A stretch of 63,885 nucleotides of DNA, filler included, from Reticulomyxa filosa (GCA_000512085.1; 21 parts of 21 records of this genome joined end to end with filler, not necessarily neighbours in it); one strand, 5' to 3'. Numbered from the whole stretch's first letter, positions 23,879 to 37,581 are shown. The notes: generated from the letters alone by a model not told the origin. Numbers and translations: made by a program.

Positions 23879-24770
23879 TTATTTTTCTATTGTTTTGTGC
23901 GTGTAATCAGATTCCTCAATTTTGCCAGGTTTTTTGTTTTTCAATTTCATGCGCTCTGTAGGAGTTTTAGGTCGAAAAGACAGTCTGTTATATAAAGAGT
24001 CGTCACTGTCTTGACTTCCAGACAACAAAATTGCGTTCCAATCGTCATCAAAAACTAACTTGATTGGATCAAATTTAAGCACCTGTCCCCCGAAAAATGA
24101 GTCAACTATTAATCGAGTCACCGTGATTGTCACTGATTGAATAGACAACAAACAAAAGATCAGAAGATAGCCCTCTTATATAATCACTCTTTCTTTTATA
24201 AAAAAAAGTACAAAAATATTGAAATGGCCAATCTGTTCTAATATGCAAACTGCCTTCACATTCCAAAGAAAAAACTCCAAAAAGTCTGTGATCGCCGTGT
24301 TTGTGAACAAACCATTTAAAACAACTTTTAAACTGTCCGTCATGTTCAACGAACAAAGGTCGGACCGATAGTCCATGACAAAAGTCTTTAAAAATTTGCT
24401 CGAAACGAGTGCGGAGAAAGTTCCCACCGTACCGCTCGTAATAAAGGGGACCAAGTGCTCGATATATCCCAAAACGAAGCCAAAACACAATAAAACAACT
24501 ACTGCAACCGCCACAAAGTCCCATTTCATCAATTTGTAACGATATACAAAATAGCCAATTGCGCTCCATTTTAACAACTTAAATATCCCCAAATTATGTG
24601 ATATCACAAAGTACCTTTTCCACCATTTGTCCAATGGCAAATCTGTTTTCATCCTAAACAGAAGCTGCGGTGGCTTTTTCATTTTCGGTTTATTTATAAA
24701 ACCTTTCAATACAATTCAATCAATTCAACTAAGTTTGTTTACGTTCGCGAGAATACTCGTTTTCCTCATG
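23879..24770 (-). CDS. Hypothetical multi-pass membrane protein
   Basis: ORFs 24176-24709 and 23879-24151 with hydrophobic segments, separated by a probable intron. Confidence 0.5.
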
Positions 24771-27282
24771 TTCCATTTGTCACACCAAACTTCTCACATG
24801 TTGGAAAGGAAGGATACTGCTTGTTCGAGAAAAAAGGAAAGATTTAGACATAATTGCAAATTCCTTTTAGATCTTTCTTAAAAAAAAAACAACTTTTTTT
24901 TCAGTATAGAACTTTTTTTTTCCTCTTTACCGCAAAAAATAGTAATACGTTTTTTGATAAAATGTGTTGATAAAAAAAGTTATTTTGACAAAATATATTG
25001 ATTAAAATTCAAATTACGAATTTCTTTTTTATGAAGATTGTGCTGCTAAATTGTAGATGATAGAGTGCAGACCCACCACAACGATTGCGCCTGCAAGAAC
25101 AACAACATGTAAACAATCTTAACTTGGATAAGATCAATTGTTATATCCCACAATTTACTTGACATACGTATATATGTATATATACTTTTTTTTTATGTAG
25201 AATTATTCTTTTGGAATAAATACAAAAACAATTTATTGATTTGATGTTGTATATGTGGTATACATTATTAAGAAAATTATATGCACTGGTGACAACAACA
25301 GCGACAAGCAGAATCGGAGTAGAAACCACCACTGTCTCCGAAAGGAGTAAAACATGTTTGTTAGATCTTTTTTTTTAAAATAAAAGTATATTCATTGTTG
25401 TGTGCTTGTACAGGAATCCTCCGCCAAAAAAAAGTTAAATATTTTGCTACCATCCACACACAAAAGAAAATAACGGGGTTGAAGGCCAAATCAGTCTTCA
25501 AAAGAAAAAACAATTGTTTGTTTTGTTTATATGTTAATATTTTCTTTTGTTAAAACAATGTGATTGTGTGTATGTCATAAATAGGAATTTCAACAAAAAA
25601 AATATTTATTTATGTTTTTTTCACACTACCTTATATATACATAAAATAAAAAAGATTTTAATGTTTACAATAGGAAAAAAAATTTCAAATTGAGTTCGAG
25701 TCCAAGTGATATGTACATAATATTCTTTAAAAATTTAAATAATTTATTTGTGTGTTATATGTGTCACATGGTCATGGTGTATTTGCTTTTTAAAAAAAAA
25801 GGTGTAGATTGTGGAAGGAAAAAAGGGATAATAATGATAATAGAAGTTGGAAAAAAATAGATATAAAAGGAAAAAAAGAAAAAAGATAAAAAAAGTGTCA
25901 GTATCTGGCCAAAAAACAAAGTGGTCTCACTAATATTTCTGACACTTATTTTTTGGACTAACTGGATTTTTATGTTGATATCGAAATAGCTTAACTTTCT
26001 TAACAGATAAATCACATTGTCAAGTAATTTGAGTGACACTCTTGATATATATAACGTCATTTTGTCATTAGGTGCTTTAAGAATTGAGTATGCTGACAAA
26101 AATTGTTGTCAGTGTCTGGCAAAAAAACAAAGTGTCAGTTATAGAAGCAAATGCACATGACGCATTTTTGCTTTGTTTAGGTTATGATTGGTTTTTTTTA
26201 TTTATTTTTTGTCATTGTTAATTTCAGTTTTTTTCGAGTAATTTTGTTTTGTCAACGAATTTTTGTTTTGGTACTTGTAAATTTTTCGAATGTTTGTTGA
26301 TTGATTTCAAAATTGGTGAGTTGTCGTTTTGCTTAGACACTTGATTATCACTGCATTGTTTTTAATTTATTTGTTGTTTCAATGTTTGAAGTATTCGATT
26401 TTTACATCGACTGACGATTCGTTTTTGGCAGGATGTTGCTATGTGTCTTTGTCATTATCAAAACATTTGCTATACAAAAAACCGCTTTTGTTACGTTTGA
26501 ATTTGAAGTATACGTTGTCAGTGCTACTTTCATTTGAATCAAAGGTCTTGTCGCCAGAAAAGGTTATCATACTGGCGCTTTCGTACTAAGTGACAAAGGT
26601 ATTAGTCTTGATGTTTTCATCATTACGTTTGCTAAAGTTACGATTGAACGAAGTGACAATAGAGTTGGTCTGTCCAGGATTAGCATCCGTTCATTTGCAA
26701 TCAACGAGACAAATAGCGTGATATTCTTCTCAATGCTGTCTTCATGGTATCTCCACACTCGTTGCGAAGATCCAGCGTGAATGGTTTATTGATGCATAGG
26801 CTTCAACTTGTTCAAATTAATTTGCACTATCTGATCATAAATGTCAATTTTAAAGTAGACATTTCGAACCAGCAATTCGCTCGCAAACTTGCCACTTATT
26901 AAGTAAGTACTTACGACCAGTATCTTTCAAATGATGTAACGTTGTCTGTGTATACTGGAGCAACAACATTGTCGTCATCTTCCACGCAAAGAGCACACAT
27001 TGTAAATCCTCATGCGCTGGGCGTGTGATTGCGTGCACCGATCATCAGGTCCTGAAAACGCGTAGTTCTAAAATAGAAAATTATCACAATGTTGCTAGAA
27101 AAACTTTGACGCAGCTTTAGACTCAATTGTGATTCTATTAATCGTTTACACATATTTAATGGACAACATCAACTCATAGCTTATGAAAGAGCATCGTTCG
27201 TTTGAACATGTCTGTCGTTTTCGACGAGTTGTAAACTTTCTTTTTTTGAAGTTGCAGGAAGCTCATGTACAGAAGTTGTAAG

Positions 27283-27471
27283 TGTAATACGACAAATCTT
27301 TTTTTTGACAACAGTTCCCAATAAAACGAAAACGAGCTAAATGAAGAATAAACAACAAGAAAACGAAAGAAAGCAACAAAAGAAGTGAAAAGAGTTTTGA
27401 AGGAGTTTAACCTACTGGGACTCCTCAGGCCCTTCAGAGTTCGGCCGTCTACAGTAAGGGCTTGCCCTACA
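27283..27471 (+). repeat. ~189-bp TG...CA element (solo-LTR-like), copy B
   Basis: TGTAATACGA ... AATAAA ... TAAGGGCTTGCCCTACA; inverted homolog of copy A. Confidence 0.7.
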
Positions 27472-28934
27472 AAGTATACATTGAATTCTCTTTTTTTTTT
27501 TTAAAGGCAAAACTTAATAATAAAGACGTATTATTTGTTTGGTCTTAGCTTTTTTTTGTTCTATTATATCATCACAAATTATGCACATTAAAAATTTAGT
27601 TGAATGTCTCTTTCAGAAAGCACGCTAAGGGTGTGATTGATCACAACATCAAAACTCAATTCACTTTTAAATGGAACAATACAACCAAAAAATCAATTCA
27701 AAAAAATGTTTGGTCAACAACTTTATCAAAATTAAAACAAACTATGATGTAAATATTTTTTATTAACTCAGAACAAACAAATCAATAAAAAAATGGTAAC
27801 AACAAAATAAAAGAAAACAACCAAACTTCACAAAAATCCGATGCCAATTTTTTGCTTTCAATAACACAGATAACAAAAAAAATACGTTAGAACCGAGCTA
27901 CAAAACATTTCACTGCTTCAAAACTAGTATCCTGACGAGTTACATAGAATGATTGCTGTTTCAAGTAAAAAAGGAAGGTTACTGTCAATATTATTTTACT
28001 CTCAAAACAAGCAAAACAATTGACCGTGCTCTTACAAGCTTTGGTTACAATAAAAAATAAACAAACAAAAAAAATAACAAAATCATTCAAATACACACAA
28101 ATTGTTTTGCTATTCGTTTCCTTGTTTCGCTCTGTTTTTGTTGTGTCTGTTTATGTTTTGGAGGCTCTGCTTCTTGTTACTCCTGCATCTCGCTTTGTGG
28201 AAAATATTTGAAGACTATTTACGCTTCCTTTTCTTCATCTGCATCAAATAACTACAATTTTAGGTCTTTTTGTTGTTAAAAAGAGAAATGCTGTGAATTT
28301 TATCAATCATTAAAGTAATTTATAAGTTCAGAGTTGGGATATAAGAATAATTTGTTTTTCTTCTTTTTTTATTAAATTAGCATTATGTGCAACAAAAATT
28401 TTTTTTGAGTCTACTTTTTTTTAAGCTAGAACCGGATTTTAAATGACGTTACCTAATGTTAGACGTCAATGTTATATGGCTAAGAAAGTGCCAAATGTGG
28501 CAGTTGCGCAATCTGGTTGCATCAATTACAGGGATGCAACAACTGCCAAATGTTTCAACGCACAAAATGTCTTTCCACAAGACATTATCGACGCTTTAAT
28601 CACCAGAAATTTTTGCAATTTGTAAATGAATGTGACTCTGGTCGTGGTATACATGCTAACCTTATGTTAGTATCTGTTTATTCATGAGGTCTAAGATCGG
28701 TTTGCAACTGTATGTGAAAATATTGCAAGCTATACAGAAAAGGTCTTAAAATACCAGATGTACGTACTATTTATGGTCGAGGCAATTATCGATATCGATA
28801 CCTTGTTGACACGTTTTGTGAGTTAAAATCTAAAACGTATGCAATCCAAAGCAAATTTAGTGAATTTGTACAAAAAAATTGCGATAGTAACATGTATTTT
28901 TTCGATAAACATTATGAAAGTAGATTTAGATTAT

Positions 28935-29550
28935 AGTTATATCAAAGCAAGTGTAGAATTTGCAAATTTATATAAACACTAGACTGTATATGATTGAAAG
29001 AAAGTCATTTTTTCAGATGAAACAAAAATTAATTTGCGTGGAAGTTATGTAATAAAATATGTATTGAAAAAACCAAAACAAGATTTAGGAGATAGTGGAA
29101 TAATTAAAAGATCTAGGTTTGTTGGAGAAAGTATCATGATTTAGACTTGCTTTAGTGCAAAAGGTGTTTGTAATGCATGCAATATAGAATGTGATATTAG
29201 CTCTGAAATTTATAAAGAGGTATTAGAAGACGATATGTTAAAAAGTGTAAATGATGAAAATGACTAGTTGTTCCAACAAGACAATGCATCATGTCACAAA
29301 GTTAAAAAAATAATGGATTGATTTAAATGAAATAATATGGAGCTGATAAATTTTACTCATAATTCACCAGATCTAAATTCAATTTAGAACATTTGGTGGA
29401 TAATTAAAGTAAAATTATACAAAGTCAAAAAAATTAACACTTTGGAAAAATTTGAAAAAATATGGGAAAAAACTGATATTCAACTATGTTAAGCTCTAGT
29501 TGAGTCAATGCCAATGAGAATTGAATCTGTGATCAATGCACAAGGAAAAC
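28935..29550 (+). pseudogene. Tc1/mariner DD34E transposase pseudogene
   Basis: D*KKVIFSDETKINL, GESIMI*TCFS, FQQDNASCH, NSPDLNSI*NIW, LVESMPMRIESVINAQG. D at 29280 to the E position at 29385 gives 34 intervening codons. Confidence 0.92.
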
Positions 29551-29809
29551 AGCAAAATGGTAAAAATATTACAATAAAACAAATTTTTAACAAAAAATAT
29601 TATTTTAAAAAATTTCAAATAATTAAAAAAAGGTTTCAAGATTTTGTTAAAAATTACGAAAGATACAATGCTAATTCTTTTTTAAAAGTATATACGTGAC
29701 TTAAAGATTCCTAAAATGAAAACAAAAAGACTAAAAAACTTCTTGTTTTCAATACAGGTTCAATTTGTGTGAACTCCTTCGAAATTTTGAAAAATCATTT
29801 GAAAAAATC

Positions 29810-30573
29810 ATGGAAGAGCCGTCCAAAAAGGAAGCGGAAGAAGAGGAAGAAATAGAAGTGGAAACAGAAGAAAAGGATGATGAGAATGAGGAAGATGATG
29901 AAGAAGGAGAAGAAGAAGAAGAGTGGACGATCATGAGCCACAATTGAAATATTCGCGAGTAGAAGGGAGAATACGTGAGGAGTTGAAACGTGGTCAAGCA
30001 TGTATATTATATAGTCATGACGATGGCCGTCGTTTGATAATAGGAATGCGATCGGGGCAAATTCATATTTGCGACGGACAAGGAGAAGTATTAAAGAGTT
30101 ATTCGCCACATAACACTCCAATAAATGACATTAGCATGGATGGCAAAGGAGATTACATTGCATCATGTGCGAAAGGCGACGGACGAGTAGTGATTCGAGA
30201 TGTGTGCAAGGATCAGGAGAGTGTGCACAGTTTCCATCAGGAGAAGCACATGTTGACGGTGTCCTTGCACCCAGATTTTGGCGAGAAGAAGACATTTATT
30301 TGTGGAGGAGTGAATCAGCAATTAATCCAGAGAAGCACAGGATATTTCCGAACGGATACAAACATATTGCACCATGGAGAAGGGCCTATATATTGTATCC
30401 GTCGACGAAAAGATATTATAGCATGGGGAAATGATCAAAGTATTAAATTGTATGATGTTGCCAATCGAAGACCTATTTCCAATATCAAGCGTTTGGATCG
30501 TCACCGTTCTTTTCCATCGTCGTTAGTACCTATATCCTCTTCGCCATCATCTTCATTATCTTCTTCATTAGTG

Positions 30574-30617
<44 letters not shown>

Positions 30618-30906
30618 TGCATTAATCCCTCATCAATGCTGCTTGTGTTGGGAAGACGATCACACACTTCTCATCGCCTGGGGCGATTGGGTGAAGATTG
30701 CAAAGATCAAAATGACACCAAACCCCACGTCAAATGACGGCTCAGTCATCGCCGAAGTCAATGTCTGCAGCGTGTTCATGACAGATTGCATCACTTGCGG
30801 AATCGTGCCCTTTCGAGACAACTTGCTCATTTTGGGATATTTCGAAACGAGCGAAGTGGATGTCGAGGATGACGAAGACGATCACGACGATGACAATGAC
30901 AATGAC
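29810..30906 (+). CDS. VPS41: Vacuolar protein sorting 41 (HOPS), N-terminal WD40 region, 3' partial
   Basis: Acidic N-terminus then EPQLKYSR, GDYIASC..DGRVVI, LHHGEGPI, IAWGNDQSIKLYD, C.L.WEDDHTLLIAWGDWVKI, CGIVPF; 1-nt frameshift near 29922. Confidence 0.92.
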
Positions 30907-31006
30907 NNNNNNNNNNNNNNNNNNNNNNNNNNNNNNNNNNNNNNNNNNNNTTAATTAATTAANNNNNNNNNNNNNNNNNNNNNNNNNNNNNNNNNNNNNN
31001 NNNNNN

Positions 31007-32400
31007 TTGAAACTACCATTTTTTTTTGCGTGGCGGCCTTGTCAATGACAGAGTGGTTAGATTTCTTTGGTAGCCGAACAATTAGTTCGTATCAACAGCG
31101 ACGAGGTCTTTGTAAGAGGGGAGAGGGCATAATACAATCGACTTCTGGCACTGACGTTGCTCACATATCCACCCAGTAGCGCCTCCAACACATTGAAGCA
31201 ATTGATTGCCCTGTTTTGTCAAATGGTAGAGCAATTTTTGAATCTTCGATTATTGTTCCGCTCCATAAACTTAGTGTCAATTTTCTCCAACAATCGAGTT
31301 TCCATTGTTCGCCGGCGTCGTCTTTTGAATGCTTCGGGTTTCCACTTGACATTTGTCACAATCGTGCCATGCTTTTGTAATGTCATAATGAAAATTTTTC
31401 ATAGATCTCTTGGAATTACTCAAACATGACTGGGGGAATAAAGAGTTATGTATCGAATTGACGCTTTGGCACATATCATATTTCTTGCATGTTGGCATGT
31501 TCTTCGTCTTGCTCAAAGAAATGAAACAAGTCATTGAGCGGTAAATCAAATTTGGATTTTGTCTTTTCATTCATGTCGTGATCAGCATCTTGATCTTTTT
31601 GAAACAGTTTGGATACCGCACCTTCAATGTCGATTTCACCAAAGATCTATTGCTTGTTCACCTGATGATACCGAGATCGAAGGTCGTGGATATCCTCTTT
31701 GTGATTATTATTCGACGAATGTAGTTTTGATTCACATTTTTGAGCATCGAAAAAACTAATCTTGTTTAGTTAATTTGCTCCCAATGACGATCCCTTTGTA
31801 AGCTCCAGGAGGGCGTCACAACTTCAAAACTCGCCTTCACATTCTGGACATTGTTGTTTCAAATATTGGCGGCTCGGATCATCGTTGTGGTGATGTTTTA
31901 ATTCTTTCACAAGTAATTCTCGTTTTGGTGAACACGTAAAGTACGTATTCCTTTGTGCGCTCCATTGTTCTTGTCCCATCCATCGTGCCACTTCACAACT
32001 ATCTGCTTGTCTGTCGCGAAATGTGTGGTATCAATGAAACGGATTGTGGATATCATATGCAATTGATCACTTCCACGATCTCTCACCTATTCCAAGAGGC
32101 TAGTTGTCGTTTTCTCCGATTCTGTCCATTTTGGACTCTTTCGAGTTGCGTTGCTATCTTGACCGAACTCGGACAGCAAATTGGCTGTAATGTTGAATCG
32201 TGAGCAAGTTATGCTATGTCCATGAGTCACACTGAAGCGCATTGTTCGTCCCGCTTTGGCGTTTATTGATTCTCTAGTTCACATGTTGATCTCGATGATA
32301 TACATTTCTCCTTTGTATATATCTTCAATACATTTTGAACGTCGCCTTCGTCGATTGCCATTTAATCACACATTTCCGCACAAATGTACCACCATGTCTT
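31007..32400 (-). pseudogene. Degraded coding-like sequence, family unidentified
   Basis: Higher GC and short broken ORFs on the minus strand, no clean introns. Confidence 0.3.
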
Positions 32401-32506
32401 TTTTTTNNNNNNNNNNNNNNNNNNNNNNNNNNNNNNNNNNNNNNNNNNNNTTAATTAATTAANNNNNNNNNNNNNNNNNNNNNNNNNNNNNNNNNNNNNN
32501 NNNNNN

Positions 32507-33546
32507 ATCATCATCATCATCATCATTATCACCACCATCATCATTGTCTTCATTGTCATCGTTTGCTGTCTGCTTTTGCAACCAATCAAATTCGTTGGCA
32601 AAGGTTTCTTTCTCGTGGTCGTCGCCAGCTCCCATCTCTTCGTCGTACACCACAGCTTGGGTCTCCAAGTCGTCCCCCAAACGGATGGTCCCCTCGTCAA
32701 GCAGGTCCAGGTGTTTGTTCCAATGGCCTTCGATGAAGTCTTCCATTTGGTCGATGTTCGACTCAAAATTGTCCAATGTGTGTTCATCCACACCGTCATT
32801 ACCATTGTCATTGTCATTTTCAATATCATTATCATTTTCATTGTCATCTTTTTCTTCTTTTTCTTCTTCTTCCTCTTCTTCTTCTTCATTCTCATCATTC
32901 TCTAACAATTTCTTGTCCACTTCTTCGTCATCTTCAATGTAGTCGTGGTCGTCATAGCCTTCAAAGTCAAAGTCGTCATATCCTTCGTCGTCTTCGTCTT
33001 CTGCTGTGTTTTCCTCGACGTCTTCATTGTCATCTTCTTCTTCATCTTTTTTTTTATTTTTTTTTATTTTTTTTTTAGTTAAATAAGCCCCCTTTTTTTT
33101 TTATGTTTAAATGAACGTTTTTTTTTTTTTTTTTTTTTATAAAGTTGATTGTATATTTCAAAAAGGGGACTGCTTTTTTGGAAAGTGAAACTCTTTTCTC
33201 GCCGGCTTTTTTTTTTCAATTTCTCAAGGACTTGCTTTTCGTATAGATTGTACTCTTGGATGCGCTTGTCGATGGATGGCAACAGTTCGTTTGCTCTCTC
33301 ATCAATTTGATGCCATATCTCCGTCTCTCCAAAACCCTCCGTCACTAAATGCGTCTCTTTCAACTTTGGCTTGCGCTTCAACAGCTGGTTCATACCTTTT
33401 TGCTCAATCCCTTCCGCTGTCGACGCATATTCAAACACACTCTTTGTCAAATTCGTCAAATCCTTGGAGGTCTCTTCCGAATTTTTTAAAAATAAGGAAA
33501 AATCATCCAATTTCTTCACCGATTCTTGAGGAATAGTATCTGTCAT
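32507..33546 (-). CDS. MPP10: U3 snoRNP protein Mpp10, N-terminal part
   Basis: LVTEGFGETEIWHQI motif, long acidic tract, NIDQMEDFIE. Confidence 0.7.
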
Positions 33547-33941
33547 GTTCTCTTGAGATGCTGTTCACAATATAAACGGGTGAAACCCAACGTTCAGACT
33601 GCACGTCTTTAAAAAAAAAACTCTAGCACAAGTGGTCGCGTAAAAAGTCAGTCACTTGAAATAACTTTGAAAGTAGTCGTGATTTTTAAATATCTTAAGC
33701 TTAAACACAGTTTTATCGACAGGATTGTTTCCCTCGAAAACCCAACAAAACATATTTTACAAGCTTGATCAAGAGTTTCCCCCTTTTTTCTTTTTGCAAA
33801 CATAAAGGAGTAAAGCTACCGGCTTTCATCCTCACAAAGGGGTTTTAACAAATAAAACAAAAATTGTTAAAAAAAAAACTTCTTGACTCTATCATGTATG
33901 TAATTCGCTGTTGTTTTTTTTCATTTATATTCACTCTCATA

Positions 33942-34497
33942 GGCTTTCAGCATAGAGACAAGAAAAATACGTTGCAAATGTCGTAATTGTTGGTGTGACA
34001 GGACTAAAGAACCGAGCAAAGGCTTGCATGAGCATGCAGCAGGCACATTGAAACTGACAAGCGATATAAGAGAATCAGTCAAGTGTCCAAGAGACGAGGA
34101 CGAACGCGAGTGGTTAGCGGTGAACACGATAGATTTTTACAATCAAGTGTCGTTATTGTATGGTGTGGTGTCCGAGTATTGTACAAAGGAAACATGTCCT
34201 CTAATGAGTGCAGGACCGAAGTATGAGTTTCTCTGGGCGGACGGGGTGAAATATAAAAAACCAATCAAAGTGAGTGCTCCTGAATATGTGGACTTGTTGA
34301 TGGAGTGGGTTGAACAGCAAATCAACGACCCCAAACTATTTCCAATTGAATTAAAGAAGACGTATCCCAAAAACTTTAAGACTATTGTCAAAACCATTTT
34401 CAAGCGATTATTTCGAGTGTATGGACATATTTATCATTCTCACATTCAAAAGTTTGTTCAATTAGATGCCGAGTCACATCTAAACAGTTGTTTCAAA
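33942..34497 (+). CDS. MOB1: MOB kinase activator (Mob1/phocein family), partial
   Basis: EDEREWLAVNTIDFYNQ, CPLMSAGPKYEFLWAD, SAPEYVDLLMEW, IFKRLFRVYGHIYHSH, HLNSCFK. Confidence 0.95.
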
Positions 34498-34806
34498 GTT
34501 TCGTTATTTGTATTTTTTTACAGTCACTGCATACATTAATTTTAGATTTTTATGTTTTGTCATTTGTATATTACAATAACATCTAATGTCAATATTAACT
34601 TAGATATATACATATATGTATATTTTTTTTGAGAGGGGGTCGAATTTGAACTTTTTTTTTTTTTTTNNNNNNNNNNNNNNNNNNNNNNNNNNNNNNNNNN
34701 NNNNNNNNNNTTAATTAATTAANNNNNNNNNNNNNNNNNNNNNNNNNNNNNNNNNNNNNNNNNNNNAAAAGGGAAATTCGCAGACTTGAACGTAATGAAT
34801 AAATTT

Positions 34807-36634
34807 CTAACCTTTGTCAAGGTTTATAACAAGGTAATGCAAAATTTCCACACATGTGGAATTGTCTTTTATTTTTTGCATGGTAGATTTGTTATAAAAT
34901 GTAAAATATACAAAGCCAATTGTTACATCTTTTCTGTAAATCGGAACATCTCCTTTAAGTAATATCTGTTCTGTAACTGGGGCTGGCATTAAACTGTTCA
35001 TAATGCTAGCATGCTCTTTTCTTTCTTCATGCAATTGTGTACGATTAGATAAATCATCAACTACAGTGAGTAATTGTTCCTTGCTGGCGAGGTACAAGCT
35101 GTTTGCCATTGATAAAATGCCACAATTAAATATAATGCATGAGTATAAAATATCTTTCCATGCGGCATTATCAGAATCAGCTGCAATTTTGCAAAAAAAT
35201 AATATATTTGCGCTTGCTGTGATCGCAATAACTCGGTATTTTAAATATTCAAATTGGTACCATAAATATGATAAAAACAATACCGAATCAACCAATAATG
35301 TATCTGCCAGTCTAGTTTAAGACAAAGATAAAATTTAAAATTTGACAAATAATTTAAAACAGAAATAAAGTGGTCATTTTTCACAAATTAACTGAAATAG
35401 ATGCCCAATGTGAAAAGCAACCAATCCCGTTCTTACGATTGAGCAGAGTAAATAGAAATGGAAGATAGTCCCTGCGGTTTGCAGGGGTAGTTGTGATTCG
35501 ACAATATCTGAATTATTTTCCTCACTTTTTTCTTTTTTCTTTTTTTTTCCAGTTTTAATTCGATTCTCAACTGCAAGTAATTCCTTTTTATTTTTGTACA
35601 GCCTTGACAGATAGAATAAATAGCATACAGAGATAAATCCGCATGCAGCAACAAGATAGCTAGATTTTCATTGTTTCAGAGATATCAAAAATAACTAGTT
35701 TTGTGAGTTTAAAGATAAAAGCTTTTAAACCTAATTTAAAAAAATGAAAGCTTTTCAACTTTATTGTCTTAAATAATATGTTGTCAAAAGTGGAACCAAT
35801 TTTTCCAAGAGTCCAAGGTAGGTCTAATAGTATTAACAGGACAGCTAAATTCAATTTAAATTTCAAATTAAGTGCAAAAAATAATTGCCAGTATTTTGGG
35901 TTTTCGAGAGGATTTGGATCATTTTTCCATTTGGGATCATTTTGAAAGCATGCAATGATGCGTTGTTCATTCATTAGATCAACTAAGTTTTGCTTCTTTT
36001 TGAAGAAGATATTCGGTTTAATCCCGTATAATACATTCGAAACTTTTGCATCTCCCGACTTGGGTAGTACTGACGCGGGATTGTCCTTTGGTTTTTTTGA
36101 AGTAAAAAAGGGATCATACATATTTGGAAGTGAGTTAAAAAAAAACAGTCTTTCTAGTACCAAAAAGATGTGTATGAGAACAAAAAAGAAACAAATCTGT
36201 ACGAAACTATTTCCTTCTTTTGTGTGCTGTGATCATCAGAATTTTTACACTCCAAACTGTCGTTGTAGTTCTTAGAAACAATAGACACTTGTGACAGCTC
36301 TGTATCAATGCTTATCGCTTGGTCTGGACAGTGTTTCTCAAATGCATTAGCTTTTTGACTTTCCAATGTTGTCTGGTTACTTTTTTTTTGACGTGCGAAA
36401 ACTAAAAAACTCCGTAATTTTCAATGCACAAATGTATACACACCATGTTTCGATAACAAGTTTGTGCTTTAACGAAGTGGTTACACTTTTGGACAAATTA
36501 AAGCGTGGCTTTCTCCTATTTTTAACAATGGCGGCCGAAGGTAAAGCAGTATCTGATGCCCTTCTTACAAGAACTGATGAGTTATTTGCTTGTGTAGACA
36601 GCAAATTTGGTGAAGATTGTACATTACTTGTCAT
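34807..36634 (-). CDS. Membrane class III adenylyl/guanylyl cyclase-like protein, 3' partial
   Basis: TM cluster, then IMNSLMPAPVTEQI..YRKDVTIGFVYF..VEILHYLVINLDK (helical domain plus start of the cyclase fold). Confidence 0.6.
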
Positions 36635-37581
36635 CTTTTTTTTGAAAGTTTTTTAACCAATTTTCGATGACGTCATAAAGAATATTTTTTCTTCCTTCAT
36701 ATTGGAGACGTAAAAAGACAAAAGTGATTTTTGGAGCATTTGCAAATCAAAATATAATAAAACAATTGAAAAGATTTGTTGGCTTTACTCGGAAACGTTT
36801 GTAACCCGAACTTTCGTCCAATTACTATTTCTTCTTTTAATTTTGCTCGTATGTAAAAGGACAATAGATATCATGCATTGATATCTGCCTTTTTAAGTAC
36901 TTGCGCTAAATCACGTGGAATGATTTTTTCGGAAAATTCAGTGAGCCCCCTCTTTGTTTGCCTAACTTCTAGTCTTGGAAAACGTCGACCTGTTTTATTT
37001 ACAATCGATTACTAAAAAACACCCAAATCACTCCTACAAATTGATATCTTTGATTGAAGAATTACAACTGCAATTTGAATTGAAACAATCCTCAGCATTT
37101 GAACTCATTCAAAGAATATGCAAAAAGCCATTACTCTTTCATGTTGTATAATTCGCTGAATGCAACCAGTACAGAACTTTGAACATTTTTATACGCTGCA
37201 GTAAGCAATATGTTAAATATGATTTGTATCATTTATCACTTAATGCAGTACTTGAGAATTAGACATTTCGAGAAAGAATTGAGCTTGAATATTCCGTTCA
37301 TCTGCTAAGGTTAATGGAATTATACTAGCAAAGGAATGACAATTATAAGATATTTTTTTAAGAAATATGGACAAAGAAACTTATGCCATCATAAAGTATT
37401 AATTGTATTAAAAATTAATTCTATTTATTCGATTCACAAGTAGATCACTTCAAATTTTTTTGTCTGGTGATATGTACTTTTATGTTACAGTGAAATATAA
37501 TGGTAGCATTTAAATTGCTTCTTAGTCTTGTGTTACAGGTTCGTTTGTCTTCTTAAAAAAAAAGGGAATATTAATACATAT

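Noticed and set aside
25693-25703. tRNA or SINE suggested by B-box-like GTTCGAGTCC
   Set aside because: No cloverleaf or A-box in the AT-rich flanks
28980-29390. Alternative genetic code (stop read as Trp)
   Set aside because: Both TGA and TAG occur, TGG is still used, and host genes end at ordinary stops; this is a pseudogene
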